Below, in pieces: positions 39,920-53,358 of a DNA stretch of 64,000 nucleotides. The stretch comes from Callorhinchus milii. Its lineage: Eukaryota. Position 1 is the first letter of the stretch. The number at the start of each line of letters is the position of its first letter. The notes below the pieces were generated by a model, which was not told where the DNA came from, did not search any database, and saw only the letters and a program-made list of their open reading frames with translations. The stretch lies in contig NW_024704743.1 in assembly GCF_018977255.1 (NCBI RefSeq), positions 42,596,001 through 42,660,000 of the forward strand. The letters run 5' to 3'. A program made the translations under genes and the position numbers.

Positions 39920-40330
39920 ATGCTTCCCAGCTTCACTCCTTCCTCTCCTGCCGTTCCCTTCACGAACCCCTCCAATCAGGATTCGGAGCCGCCCGCAGCA
40001 CAGAAACAGCCCTGGTCAAAGTGACAAATGACATTCTGTCCATCTGCGACCAGAGCTCCCTCTGCCTCCTCATCATCCTTGACCTCTCTGCTGCCTTCAA
40101 CACTGTCGACCACTTAATCCTCCTCCACCGTCTCTCCTCTCACTTCAACCTTCACAGTTCTGTCCTTGACTGGTTCAGACCCTTCCCTGACCATTTCCCC
40201 CTGCTCGGGTTTCGACTCAACTGTCCAGTGCCTTGGGACGTCCTCCCGACGTGAAAGGCGCTTTATAAATGCAATCTTGTTGTTCTTGTTCCCAATCCCA
40301 ACCCCCAGCTCAGGTCCAAAACACTGACTG
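39920..40330 (+). mobile_element. L2 fragment with a large internal deletion joining RT sequence to the 3' tail
   Basis: [20 protein letters not shown]...LDLSAAFNTVDH runs straight into the 3' UTR and stem-loop. Confidence 0.8.
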
Positions 40331-41439
40331 TCTCATTTACCTCATTTATTACCTGTGTCAGTCATGTTCTTACACCAAAGTATGCCAATTCCTGTATCAT
40401 ATGATTACAATTTAGAGGTAAAATCAATAATCCATTACTTTTTTATGACACCCTAAAAATCAAGAAACATTCTCAGATGGAGCTCTGTTCCAGTCCGACA
40501 GCAGCTTCTTTTGGATTGGAGTCAGTGAGGTATCTCTATCCTAATTAATCAGGTAATTGGCTGCCGCATTTCACCCACAATAAATACAGTTCAGTTTACA
40601 GTATATTCTGTGAAGCGCTTTGAGATGTCTCAAAACATCATTTAAGGCACTATATCGAATGAAGGATTATTATTATTATTAATTATCCCACTTCAAGATG
40701 TGAACCATTTGCTTAAGCACATACCAAACCCAGATGGTCATTCATTTAAACTGTATTTTTGTACCAAGACCCTGCCCTGCATGAAGGGCACTATATAAAT
40801 GCAAGTTGTTTTTGTTGTACATCTTTCCATCCTCCGCATGAACTCTCATGACCTCTCCTTCACAGTCCAGAGACTGTGGATGCAGTCATCTTCTTTGACC
40901 ATCAGCGATTTTAACTCTTTCACTACAACCTGCTATTCATTTGCCCAGTAGTTGACTGCTGGGTTTCTCCTGGATCACACCTTGTACATTTGAACCCATT
41001 ACCCCATGCTTGCTTGGCTCCCCACCCATCTCGGCCCACCATTAGTGGGTGAGCTTACAGACCCACTGCCCCCCCACCCCCACGCTCTCTGGAATTCCAT
41101 GTTGGAGTTCTTCTGCTTCAGCCCTTGTTGAACCCATCTTAAGCCCTTTCTTTTCAATTACTTTCTCTTGGTCACTTTCTCCCACATTGCGCAGCTACAG
41201 CAATTTAAAATGATTTTTGTTGAATATATTGTGAACAATAGGGCAAAGGTAGGCCTGTGCTCCATAGGAACAAACTGGAACCTTATACTCCGAGAGGAGT
41301 TCTCCCTCCCCCATATGCCATCGAAGTCTGACAGTATAAAATATGGAGTGAAAAGCAATATTCAACTAGATGGGCAAAGTGAGTTGATGTCTTACATGTT
41401 GACCTCAGTCTCAGTTAGTTTCTGGCTGATGATGAAATC

Positions 41440-41655
41440 TTCCTCACTCCTTTTCCTCTGTCCTCTACCCATTTTCTCCTTTGTCTTCTTTGCTCTGCCT
41501 CCCCCCTCTCTATTAACCCTTAAAAGCCTCGACCTCCTAACATGCCCCAGTTCTGACGAAGGGTTGTGGACCCGAAACGTTGACTCACTTTCCTTTCTCC
41601 ATAAATGCTGCCTGACCTGCTGAATGTTCCCAACGACTTCTGTTTTTGTTTCTTC
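41440..41655 (+). mobile_element. Penelope-like element end (pLTR) carrying a minimal hammerhead motif
   Basis: Pyrimidine-rich tract, then cagttctgacgaagggttgtggacccgaaacgttgac...gctgcctgacctgctga. A second copy lies at 50945-51265. Confidence 0.7.
41549..41585 (+). ncRNA. Minimal type-I hammerhead ribozyme motif
   Basis: CUGACGA (41553-41559), helix II gggu/accc, GAAA (41574-41577), palindromic AACGUU in place of helix III, GUU cleavage triplet (41579-41581), helix I aguu/gacu. Confidence 0.65.
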
Positions 41656-42492
41656 CTCACTGCTGTCTAACTGGATGCCAGGAGCCTCCTACTAGTGTGT
41701 GAGCTAGCTCATTGAGCTGGCCTGCCAGAACCATTCAACCCACTGCTCTGCACAGACACTCTTCAGTGAAATACTGGCTTCATTCCATTTTGGACGACCA
41801 GCCAGGTGTCTGACACATATGGAAACCCATCACCTTGTTTAAGAGTATCCAAACCAAATAACGTTCCATGCATCACACTTAAACATAGAAATTCCAGAGA
41901 GAATTATTGGAATGAAGTGCTCAATCTCTCTCTGGAGGGACACACCCTGCTTACCTAATTCCGGAAAGTATTAGGTGCAGGTTGTCAAGAGCCAAGGTTT
42001 GGGGACCCAAGAGTGTGCTTTTGGGTACTACTGGACTCTAACCATTATCACAGCAAAGACACATTCTTCACCCCACAGAGTCTTATAAGAAACCAATCTA
42101 ATTTGTCTGAAGGGCTGAAACACCTGTTTGACTATGATTAATATTAATAGATAAGAAAAAAAAGATTAACATTTAGTTGACAAATGGTCCAAGAAAAATA
42201 AGCAATTAATTGTCTTGAAATAAACCTATCTAATAAAACACTGCTCCATGGCATTATCCATGAGAACAATAGATTAATCTGTCAACAACAAAATTAACAT
42301 CCTCCATCTATTTTGAAAGTGACTTAATGTAATCAATATCAAAAGCTTTTGCCATTCATTGAACTCATTTAAACTCATTTATAATACTTAGGAATTGATA
42401 CGTGAACTCCATTTAGAGGTTTGTTTTATTAATTTCAAATTACAGTCAAAACTAGAATGCACAATAATTCCAAAGGGATGATATATCAATGT

Positions 42493-42527
<35 letters not shown>

Positions 42528-42924
42528 CGATAATAACAATAATAATAATAATAATAATCCTTGCTTTTTTTGATATAGAGCTTTTCACGTGTTAGTCAAA
42601 ATAACTTACAACACTTCAACTCATTGGAGATATCTTTACTTTCTATTTCATTTAAACTATATTTTTTCACATTTTGGTAGGTTTCTCCCCTTTTTGTTAT
42701 CTGAAGGCATTGACTCTTTGCATAAGTATAATTCATAGTTGCTAACTCAACTACCTTCCAATGCCTTACCTAAGCAACACTGCTTAATGTGATTCTGGAC
42801 ATTGAGTCAGCAGTCTATTCAACTGTTAAATTTAGCTTGATTTTGTTATTACTGTCCATATACATGCACCATCCGTCAAGATTCGCTGGATAGTAAAAAG
42901 CCATTTTTTCCCGCCTATTCCACA

Positions 42925-44740
42925 AGTATGTGGATGACACCCAAATCTAATTCCCTTCCTCCAGGTGTGTCTCCTGATATTCTATCAGCTTGTTAAACAT
43001 CGAAGCCTGGATGAGCGCAAACTTCCTGCTGTTAAATGTCATCAAGACAGAAGCCATACTCCTTGGCTCCCATCAAAGTCATCTCTCCTGCGGTCCTGAC
43101 CTCCTCAACCTTCCCAGCTTATCCCTAAGAATTTACTGAAACTGTGAGTAACCTAGGCATCAAGTTCCTACCCCACATCCAGTCCCTAACCAGGACCACT
43201 TTCCTCCACCTCCTTCACATTGCCAAATTCTGACTATACCTCACAGCCAATGCAAACAAAACTCTTGTTCGTGCTTTTGTCACCTCCCACCTCGATTTTT
43301 CCAATGTCCTCCTCACCAGTCTCCCGAGATCCACATCCACAAAATCCAATTAATTAAAACTGCATTGGCCATATACTCACCTGCTCCAAACTCTGTAACC
43401 CAACCATACCAGTCCTTGACAGATTCCACTGGCTCTCCATCACAGAGCAGATTGATTTTACAATCCTCTCACTCGTCTACAAATCCCTTCATGCCGCAGC
43501 ACCTCCATACCTCTTCATTCTGCTTACTCCCCAACACACTACCTGCTGCCTCCGCTTGGCTGGTTTCGGCCTTCTGCATGTCCCTTTCCCCCCACCTGAT
43601 CGATGGTCATGCTTTCAGCCACTATGCCCCAAAACTTTGGAACTCTCTCTCAATCCGTCCGCCTTGCCCCTTCCCTCCCCATTTTCAGATCACACCTGAA
43701 GACCTTCTTCTTCAACCGTTCTTACATCACCTCCCTCTCCCCACAACTCGGTATCAGGTACCACCACTGTTAAGCGCTCTGAGACACTACCTGCATGAAG
43801 GGCACTATGTAAATGCATACTGTTGTTGTTTGGGGTCAACTGGTATCTTGACATATAAAGAAACCCATCATCGTGCTTAACAGTGTCCAAACCAGATTGG
43901 GAGGTGCACATATATGTACAGTTGGAAATTTCCTTGTGTCTGGAATGGACACTCTCTCCCCAGAGACACACTCTGGCTGTGCCCTGGAGTACTGTGGGCC
44001 CACCTAGCTCTGGCAGTGGACTACCAAGAACACTACAGAGGGTTGACTCGATTCCAACAGTCTGTTGCCAAGCATGTCACCTTGGAACCAGCTCAACTCC
44101 AAGACAGGCCCTGCTTACCTTTCTATGACCAACAACAACAACTTGAATTTATATGTCCTTTATGTGGGGTAGCATTTTGGAGTGCTTAACTGTGGCGAAT
44201 CTTGACGCTGAGCTGCGGAGAGAGGGGATGGTTGAAAAGGTAGATGGTCATAGGCGTGGCTAAAGAGGAAGACGTGGGGAGGAAGATGAGCACGGAATGG
44301 GCAAGGTGGAGGGATTGAAGCAGGAAGTTCCAAAGTTTTGGGGTATAGTGACTGAGATTATGACTGCTAGTGGTAGAGTGGAGGGGCAAGGGGATTGAAT
44401 CAGAATGATGGGGTTCCAGAGTTTAGTATGGTTAAGATTATAGATGACGAAATTTTGAATGAATATTGGATTTTATGAGCAGTGGAGCTGCAGAGACAAG
44501 TGAGTAGGCTACTATAAAAATCAAGGTGACAAAAGCGTGGATAAGGATTTCAACTGCATTGGATGTAAAGTATGTACAGAGGCAGGCGATGTAGCGTAGG
44601 TGGAGAAGAGTGATCCTGGTCAGGGACTGGATGACCAGATGACCAGATGTGGGGTAGGAAGGACAAATGTGGATTGAACCCAACACACAAATTCAGTAAA
44701 TCTGAGGGATAAACTGTTGCGATTAAGGAGGTCAGAGCAG
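42925..44740. mobile_element. Tail-to-tail decayed L2 copies (~42925-43830 +; ~44130-44740 -) flanking a family-X repeat piece
   Basis: gatgacacccaaatcta (DDTQ.Y), AFSHYAPKLWNSL and LIHAFVT remnants. Confidence 0.75.
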
Positions 44741-45053
44741 CATATAAGCATATATATTTCACATATATATTTCACCCACAAATATGCAGTCAATTCACTT
44801 TACAGTCTATTCTGTGAAGTGCTTTGAGACGTTGAGAAGATGTAAAAAGCGCTATATCAAATCAAGGATTATTATTATTATAAGAAGACATTAGCGGGAG
44901 CCAAGGAAGATGGCTTTCATCTTGTTCACATTCAACTGTCAGAAACTATAGGTTTTGCAGCCAGATTCACTGTGAATGGAGCCTGTTTTGTGAGAAAATG
45001 GAGATAGCAGACACCATTGCAGCATACTGTTCTTAAGTGAGATTTTGAGCCAG

Positions 45054-45634
45054 TGTAACTTATTTAAATTAAAATCTTCGATTCTAATAATAAACGATCA
45101 CTCCCATAAGAAACGTGCGAGATTGACTATTGTTATTTTGCCTTTATATAGAGTTTACATTAAAATGTCACCTCATTAAAGGTCACCTAATGAGTTGTAT
45201 AAACAGAGATCAATTCAGAATCAGAAGAAAGAATTGGAGAAGGAGAGGGATAGAATTGGATGTGCCATGATACCTGGACACTTTCGAGTGATTTGAACAT
45301 CCAATAACACCTGGATAATTTTGGGTAATCGAACTGAGAAATGTACAACAATACTTGGATACCTTTAGATGGACATATCTATATTTGAATTAAAAAGGAC
45401 ACATTAAAATGGACATTAAGTTGGACATTGCTACTCTATCTCTTCCGCAGCATTTGGTTAGATCAATTTAAATCATTGTGAACTATACGTGCATATGTAA
45501 GCATTATTGTGATGTATTCTTTTAATAACTTATAACTATTACTAATCTGAATTAATAAACATCTATATTTTTGTACATTATTTGTATCAGTCCTTACGTC
45601 ACTGCACGGTCACAAATTTAAATTAACCCTTACA
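45054..45634 (+). mobile_element. Possible second solo LTR (~580 bp)
   Basis: TGTAA...TTACA termini, a TATA-like tract near 45145 and AATAAA near 45554. No convincing TSD. Confidence 0.35.
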
Positions 45635-47209
45635 CCTCTTATTCCATCTTGCCTCTTTCTTTCTGTCTAACTTCTGCCTCAAATCCTACCTCTTCAAACT
45701 TGTCTATAGTCACTTCCCTCTCCCCTCGTCTCCCTTGTTCAGCAAGTAACCTGTCCCTGTGAAGCACTCTGAGAAATAAGGGTGCTATATAAATCAAGTT
45801 GTTGTTTTTCTAGTTGTAAAACACGTCTAGATTCAAAATTTGTCAGGCACTAGGACCCGGAATAGAACCAACCATAAGAACTTAAGAACATAAGAATTGC
45901 TAGACAAAAGCAGACCAAAGTCCATCCAGTTCACCTCCCACCATCCTGGCAGTCGCATAACATGTCATGTCCCAAACTATATACTGCATCCCACATATTA
46001 TTTCCTAAAACAAATCTATCTAATTTGCTTTTGAAAGAATCAACACTTCCTACTTCCATCATCTCCCGAAGGAACCTGTTCCATGCAATTACTACTTGCT
46101 CACTGAAAAAGTGCTTCCACAGATTTGTTCTGAAGTTACGCCCTTCAATCACTTAAAGTCCAGAGGCACGGCTACTACATGCTGGTTTACTCAGTATTAC
46201 TTTAGACTAATTTATAAAAACAGCTTGATAATGTGCTGGGAAGATGGTAGAGAGAATATTTCAGAACGATGAGTCATTGGGCCAAAGGACCTTCTTCATC
46301 CAAATCAATCTTGTGATGTTAACGTAAACTGAGTACAGGCTAAAGAAAATGTTCTGGACATAAGGAGGTCATTCTGCCTGTTATGCATACATACATTGTG
46401 TCTTTATATGGATAAGTTACAGTGAATATCATTGCTGGGATGGTTTGCCAGTAAGGAATCTGACATTATATGTTGATCCTTCACCAGGCAAACTCTGCTT
46501 TAATTTTAAAGCATTGTGTGCAATTCCACAGACAATATGTGTGTGTTCAGACAAAGACTACATTCTGTTTCACAGATCAATGGGTTATATCAAATCATAG
46601 CTCCAAAGCATAATCAGCTCATTATTTATAACATATTTGAGATGGATTTTGCTGGGGGAGTAGAAAAACCTCCAGGATAGCACCTTTGTAAATATTTTCT
46701 TTTCATTCTTCACCCTTTGAGACTGATTTCTCTTAGCAATTAAATCCCATGGCTCTCAGCATGGAACTAGGCTGAGTGATGGCATGAATTCTTTTAATGC
46801 TGATTATAGTAATGAATTAGAGACCGAAGGTCCTTACATAGACCAAACCTAACTTAGATGAAAGAAATAGAGTTTTGCTGTCTTTTCAACACTTCCAATT
46901 GATTCCACAGTTCTACTGAGATAATCCATTTGTTCATCAACAGCAGTCGTGATGTTTTCAAGTCAGTGTTCACAGGTTCCCTTGAAGGCTATCAATATAG
47001 TAATGCTTTCAATGAACTATCTTAATGAGGCATGAGGACTCACAATGAACAAGACACTATTATTTGGACAATGAAATAGTGACATTAATTTTAATTCGCT
47101 TGAGAGGCATATATTCGTGTTACCAATCAACATTTGCCATGTAAAAGATCTTATATTTGCTTAAAAAAAACATGATTCCCACTTTATAAGAACAAAGGTG
47201 AATTTGGAG

Positions 47210-48450
47210 ATTTTGAGCATGCGGTCTAGGCTGCCACTCCAGTGCAGTGCTGGGGCTGCTCTGCATTGTCAGAGGTGCTGCCCTTCAGATGAGATGTTAA
47301 ACTGAGGCCTCATTTTCCTGTTCAGGTTAATATTTAAAATTCCATGCCATTATTCGAAAAGAGAAGGGAGTTTCTCCCAGTATCCTTGCCAACAACTGCC
47401 CAAATAAAATTGGTCATTCGCTACATCAACAACAACAAAATTACATTTATAGAGCGCCTTTCACGTAGGGAGGATGTCCCAAAGCAATGTACAGTCAGAT
47501 GTCGGGGCCCGAGCTTGGGTTAAGGGTGGTGTAGGGGTGAGGGAAGGCAGAGAGATGGGAGGGAGACCAAAGGCACGGTCAAAGAGAAGGGTCTTCAGAC
47601 CGGCCTTGAAGGAGGCAAGGGAGGAAGCGAGGCGAAGGGACCATGGGATGGAGTTCCAGAGTGTGGGGGCAGAGAGGCTGAAAGCCCGGCCACAGATGGT
47701 AGGGCGGGTCGGGCGGGAGACATGGAGCAAGCCGGAGTCTGATGAACGGAGGGAGCGGGCACGAAGGTAGGGAGTCAGCAGGTCAGAGAGGTAGGAGGGG
47801 GCAAGGCCATGGATGGCCTTAAAGATGATGATGAGGATCTTGAACTCGATCCTCTGGGGGATGGGGAGCCAGTGGAGTCGGGCGAGGGTGAGAGTGATGC
47901 GGTCACGGAGCCTGGTGCGTGAGAGTACACAAGAGTTTTGGATGATCTGCAGCTTGTGAAGGGAAGAGTTGGGAAGGCCGATGAGGAGGGAGTTTCCATA
48001 ATCGAGCCTTGATGTGACGAATGCGTGGGTGAGGGTTTCGGCAGCCTGAGGGGTGAGGCAGTGGCGGTGTCTGGCAACGTTGTGGAGGTGGTGGTAGGCA
48101 GTGCCGGTCATGGCGCGGATGTGGGGGAGAAAGGACAGTTCAGGGTCAAACAAGATACCCAGGTTCCTGACTGGCTTAGTGAGGTTGAGTGTGCAGCTAT
48201 GGAGGCTGATGCTGCCAGCGCCTGAGGTACGGAGCCAATCAGGACATCCTCAGTCTTGCTGACGTTGAGTTGGAGAAAGTTGGCCCTCGTACATGGCAGT
48301 TCGTAGTATCATGGCAGTTCGTAGTATATTGTTGTGCTAAAATTAGTTGCTGTGTTTGCCCACAAATACCCAGTCACTGCACTATACAGTAATACTTGTG
48401 AACTGCTTTGAGATGCCTCAACGACATGATATCAAATGCAAGCATTATTA
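47210..48450. mobile_element. Family-B SINE (+; 47210-47426 and ~48330-48450) interrupted by an L2 3' fragment (-; ~47427-48290)
   Basis: Deu core upstream and SINE tail downstream. L2 ORF 47461-48153 (RLDYGNSLL, LHWLPIPQRIEFKIL). tacat is repeated at both L2 ends. Confidence 0.85.
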
Positions 48451-50454
48451 TCTGTGTCAGCAGCCAGAGAATGTTTTTAACTTTTCTACTCATTTGCAGT
48501 ATATAACCTTCAAAGTACTTTCTAAATACATTAATTGAAAAAGAGATTGTGATTGCTACATAATCCCATTTTGCTCTGCTGGTTATGTCAAGAAATTCCC
48601 TGGGAATAATAGTCACTCGGAGATACTAAGTAAATATTAAGTAATGTAGTATAATGGCTCTCAGGATAGTTATGATGGCCTGATCAGATTCAACAGGTCC
48701 AATATATCACCTCAAATATGTTGAATCTGTTATATTTCACTGCTGTAATATTAAAATGGAGAGGTAATAATCCTTACATTACCTTATATTTTGGAAAATA
48801 AATTGCTGAATTAAATACTTTTAATGTAAAATGTGCTTGAAGGTTGCTATTTTCACGTGGCTTATTCCCTGGATAATCTTTGAGTGAACAGAATTGGATT
48901 ACAATTTAGCATTCAGGTTACATTTGACTGGAATGAAAACATACTCATCTCTTGTCAATGCTTCAGAACTGCTGACTGCACAAATGAAGCAATCAGTTCA
49001 GCTGGAATTTTACAATCTGCTTTGCCTGCTAAACCTGCATTGCTTTATCTCATCCGATTGAAATAATTGGATTTGTCGTTTGACAGCACTTTAATGTTGA
49101 CAAGGAATATTTGCATCTCACATGAGAAAGAGAGGATTATATTCGTTGATCCACCTCAGAGGCTACGTTTTGCTGAAAGAGTTATTTTACTTATATTACC
49201 CTCAGTTTTTCAATCGCAAACTTGCAGAGGATATCACCTTGCACTAAAATATTTGTTGTCCCAGTGGCCCCATATTTTCAAGCAAGACTTTTCTTTAAAA
49301 GAGAGCATTTCAATAGGAAATTAAAAGCTCCCATGTTTATTTGTGTTACATGATCATCAAAACATTGTGACAATTGGGTATCCTGAGAATTAAGGTAATA
49401 CTTGGGACAGACGATTGTGGGTTCAAACCCCAAACAATGACTCGTCTTGGCTGATACTCCAGCCCAGCACTGAGGGGATCTCTGTATTGTTGCAGATTCT
49501 GCCTTTTGGGCATGTGGACATTTCCTAATACCAACCAGATATTTCAAACATCTCAATGTGTGGTAACCATATGCTAAATTTACCATATGCTACCAAACTG
49601 CAGGTGTGCATTTACCAAAACTCGACACATTCAATTGTTTTTGGATTGATTTATACATTCCTTATTAAACATTTTCACTGAAATGTTAAACCAAGGTCCC
49701 ATCTGCCTGTTCAAGTGGACAGTATAGATCCCATAGCACTATTATCTAAGACAAGGGAGTTTTTCCTGGTGCCCTGGACAACAATCTGCCAAATAAATAT
49801 GGTTGTTTGCTATATGGGTTGTCATGTTCGCCTACAAACACAAAGTCTCTCCACTTGATAGTAAATCTTGTTAAACATTTTGGAATGTGAATGGTGATAT
49901 ACCAAATGCAAGGATTATTAAAACATCTGTTGAGAAAAATTTCAAATTACCATACCTCCAAATATTGTTATAACATATATTTTAAAGTGTTACATCCCAA
50001 GTTTTTAAATATATTAATTTAACTAAAGATTACATTACAAAGATATGTTTCGGGAAAAAAACTTCTCTCTGCATTTGCTAGCAAATCATGGCACCAGTCC
50101 TATTCATGCACACTGTTAGAGAGGGTGTTTTGCGTGAATTATTATGTTGTGCTATTATTAACCATATTAGTATTATTAACTATCTCCAATTCTGAATGAC
50201 AGGTGCTTGTAATTGACATTTTTTATGAAGGAAGTGAGAAATGAGTTTGCAGAAATTTAATACCATACATCGGTGATGTCACAAACTTGACTTTTAAAAG
50301 GCAACTGTAATTTGTTATTGTCTTTACACGTTTGGCCAGTGATTGCTAAAAAAAACAATAGTATGTATCAATGAAGATCAGAAAACATAAATTTTGTAGC
50401 TGGACATTCTAATACAGAACAAATAGAAATGATCCTGCATTTGATATAACAATT

Positions 50455-50912
50455 CAAAACTCGGCCACCCATATACTCACCCACTCCAAACCCCATGCCC
50501 CCATCACACCAGCCTGGCCAGGCTCCGCTGGCTCCCTATTACAGAATGGATCAACTTCAAGACTCTCACACTGTTCTACAAATTCCTTCATGCTCTGGAA
50601 TCTCCCACCTCTCCGACCTGCTCTTACTCCCCAGTCCACCACCCATCACCTTCGCTCAGCTGGCACCGGTCTCCTGCTTATATTTCATTCCCTCCACTCC
50701 ACAATTTGGCAGCCGAGCTTTCAGCCACTATGCCCTGAAACTTTGAAACTCTCTCCCTTAATCCGTCCTCCTTGCCCCATTTTCAGATCACGCCTGAAGA
50801 CCTTCCTCTTTGACAGTGCTTTCAACCACCTCCCCCCTCCACTCGGGGCTCAGCGTCGGGCTCCACCACTATTGAGACACTACCCTGAAGGGCGCGACAT
50901 AAATGCAAGTTA
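50455..50912 (+). mobile_element. L2 3' fragment
   Basis: GSRAFSHYA and FRSRLKTFLFD remnants, plus tail. Confidence 0.75.
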
Positions 50913-50944
50913 TTCTTATTTAATTCTTTATCAGATTACAAATT

Positions 50945-51265
50945 AAAAATAAAAACAGAAGTCGCTGGGAACACTCAGCAGGTCAGGCAGCCATCCATGG
51001 AGAAAGGAAAGTGAGTCAATGTTTTGGGTCCACGACCCTTCATCAGAACTGGGGAGGGAGAGGCTTTTAAGGGTTAACAGAGAGGGGGGAGGCAGGACAA
51101 GGAAGACAAAGGAGAAAATGGGGTGGAGGATAAGGGATGATGGATTAAAGATGATATAAAACAAAGCGGGGGGAATTGCAACAAAGCAGGGAATTGCTGA
51201 GTGTTCCCAGCAATTTCTGTTTTTGTTTTCAGATTTCTGGCACCTGCAGTATTTTGCATTTTGTT
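50945..51265 (-). mobile_element. Penelope-like end (-) with a short inverted (+) terminal copy
   Basis: 50945-51130 is the reverse complement of ~41460-41650. 51195-51230 repeats its terminus on the + strand. Confidence 0.65.
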
Positions 51266-51584
51266 TACAAATTAAAAATGATTATCATCATCAAAAACAA
51301 TTCATTATTGTTTAAACCATTAGTAATTTGGTTTCACTGGCTTTCCTTTCCTAAGTTACTGTTAGGTGTCTGCGCTGTTAGAAGACAGAGCATCACTGAA
51401 ACCAACAAATCATTACCAATTTCTTGTTAATAACATTGATCTCAATACTGCTGCAGTATTTCAATGCTGCTGCTGCTATATTTATACATTAATCAACCTG
51501 CTAGGACATTGTTCCTGAATGCACACAAGTGCTTTTTTAAATCCTTGCATTTGATATTGCACCTTTCCCATCCAAAACATGTCA

Positions 51585-52021
51585 CAGGAAACCTATAAGA
51601 TCATCAAAGGGCACGATAGAGTAAATAGTGGGCGATTGATTCCCCTGGTTGGAGAAACTAAAACCAGGGGTCACAACCTTAAAATCAGTGGCCAGCCCTT
51701 TTGCACTGAGTTGAGGAAGAACTTCTTCACTCAAAGGGTGGTGAATGTATGGAACTCACTACCCCAAAGGGCTGTTGACGCTCAGTCCTTGAACATATTC
51801 AAGACTGAGATAGATAGATTTCTTGTTGCAAAAGGGATTAAGGGATATGGGGATAAGGCAGGGTCAAGTTATTAACTGGAGTTAGATTAGAAGATCAGCC
51901 ATGATTGAATGGCGGGGCAGCCTCGAAGGGCCGAATGGCCTACTCCTGCTCCTACATGTTGTTATGTTATGTTATGTTATGTTATGTTATGTTATGTTAT
52001 GTTATGTTATGTTATGTTATG
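51585..52021 (+). mobile_element. CR1-type LINE 3' end with (GTTAT)n tail
   Basis: ETYKIIKG.DRV...TRGHNLKI...RKNFFTQRVVNVWNSLPQ...FKTEIDRFL, and about 13 GTTAT units at ~51958-52021. Confidence 0.9.
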
Positions 52022-53358
52022 TAATTGCTGTGTGTTTTGTAGGTGAACAGAGCAGCACAGTTTGCACAATTTGCACGCAACAATGTCCCACAAACAGCCA
52101 TGAAGTAAATAACCAATTTTGTTTTGGGGAATGTTGGCCAGGGCACAAGGAGTAATTCTGCATCTTTTAAAATATGGCCGTGGAATCTTTACCGTTTACC
52201 TAAACAAGCAGATGGGAGTCCAACAACTCGTCCAACAAGAAGATCAATAACTTTCTGAATTTTGTTTCCCCTTGTGGTGAACTTTGGTATTGAAAATAAT
52301 CAAGAACTTGACAAGGTATAAATAAAGTTGTACAGCATAAGTCACAGGAAGTATTGCAAAGGGCAATTTCAGAACAGATACCAGGAAGTTTTCTTTTACT
52401 CAGAGGTAATTAACGACTATAACAGATTGCTAGGAAAGGTTGCATGAGGCCAAGATTCTGGATTCTTTTAAAAAAACATGCTGTGATGGGAGGATGATCA
52501 GGAGGGTAATCTGGAAGGATGAAATCAAACGAGCCAAAGGGACTTCTTCATTGAAATCATTCATGTAATCTTGTGAAGTGATATTGAACATTAACACAGA
52601 AGATGATTCTGATTTCTTCCAGCCCTGTCAGTGGTCTCTGCCCAATGGTTCACCCATGTTGAAAGCTGCTCTGATTGTGCCAAAGAAATGTGATTGATTT
52701 TTGGACTGAGACGTGTATAGATCCCAGCATGTTAGCAATGGTGTGCATTGCCTGATTCTGTGGCGCACATTAGCTGAATGTTACTTCAATACCTTTCTGG
52801 CCTAAAATGTCTCTCCTTTAAACTATTTTCCCAATAATTGAATGAAAGTGGAAGCAATTCATTCCTGACAAAGCAAATGATGATCCAGGAGATATTGTGC
52901 TGGAATAAGAGTTAATTTAAACATAAAGCAAGAGTTTAGTTAATAATTAAGTAGGAAGGCCCTATCCCTAAAACAGAGTCTTAAATGAGATAATTCTCCA
53001 TTCAAGGACACATTTTTTCTCGCTGGCGACATTTCCTCCCTCCCATTGCTGTTCCCATTGGACGGGAAGAGGACTGATTAGTGGCAGCTCCGAGGTGATT
53101 GACATCCTGAAGCACTCCACCCATTCAGAAGCGGATCCAGCTGTCAATCAACTGTGATTTCACTCCTCCCATTCCCTCCCTTATTTCTTTCCTGTTCTTC
53201 CGCCCCCTCACTGATTGACACCCTGCAACTGCTTGTGAATGGCTGGAGTACGCTGTCAATCAATCACAATTTGACTCCTTCATCTCCATCCCGGTGCTGC
53301 TGTAGCTGAATGGAGACATAGAAGTGGTGGATGCAGCGCAGCATTTTGATTAACCAGA

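Noticed and set aside
42495..42590. Poly-Ile ORF / (AAT)n tract
   Set aside because: Expanded tail of a minus-strand SINE end, not coding.
48292..48327. 18-bp tandem duplication catggcagttcgtagtat
   Set aside because: Only two units at an L2 5' junction. A local insertion/repair by-product, not an array.
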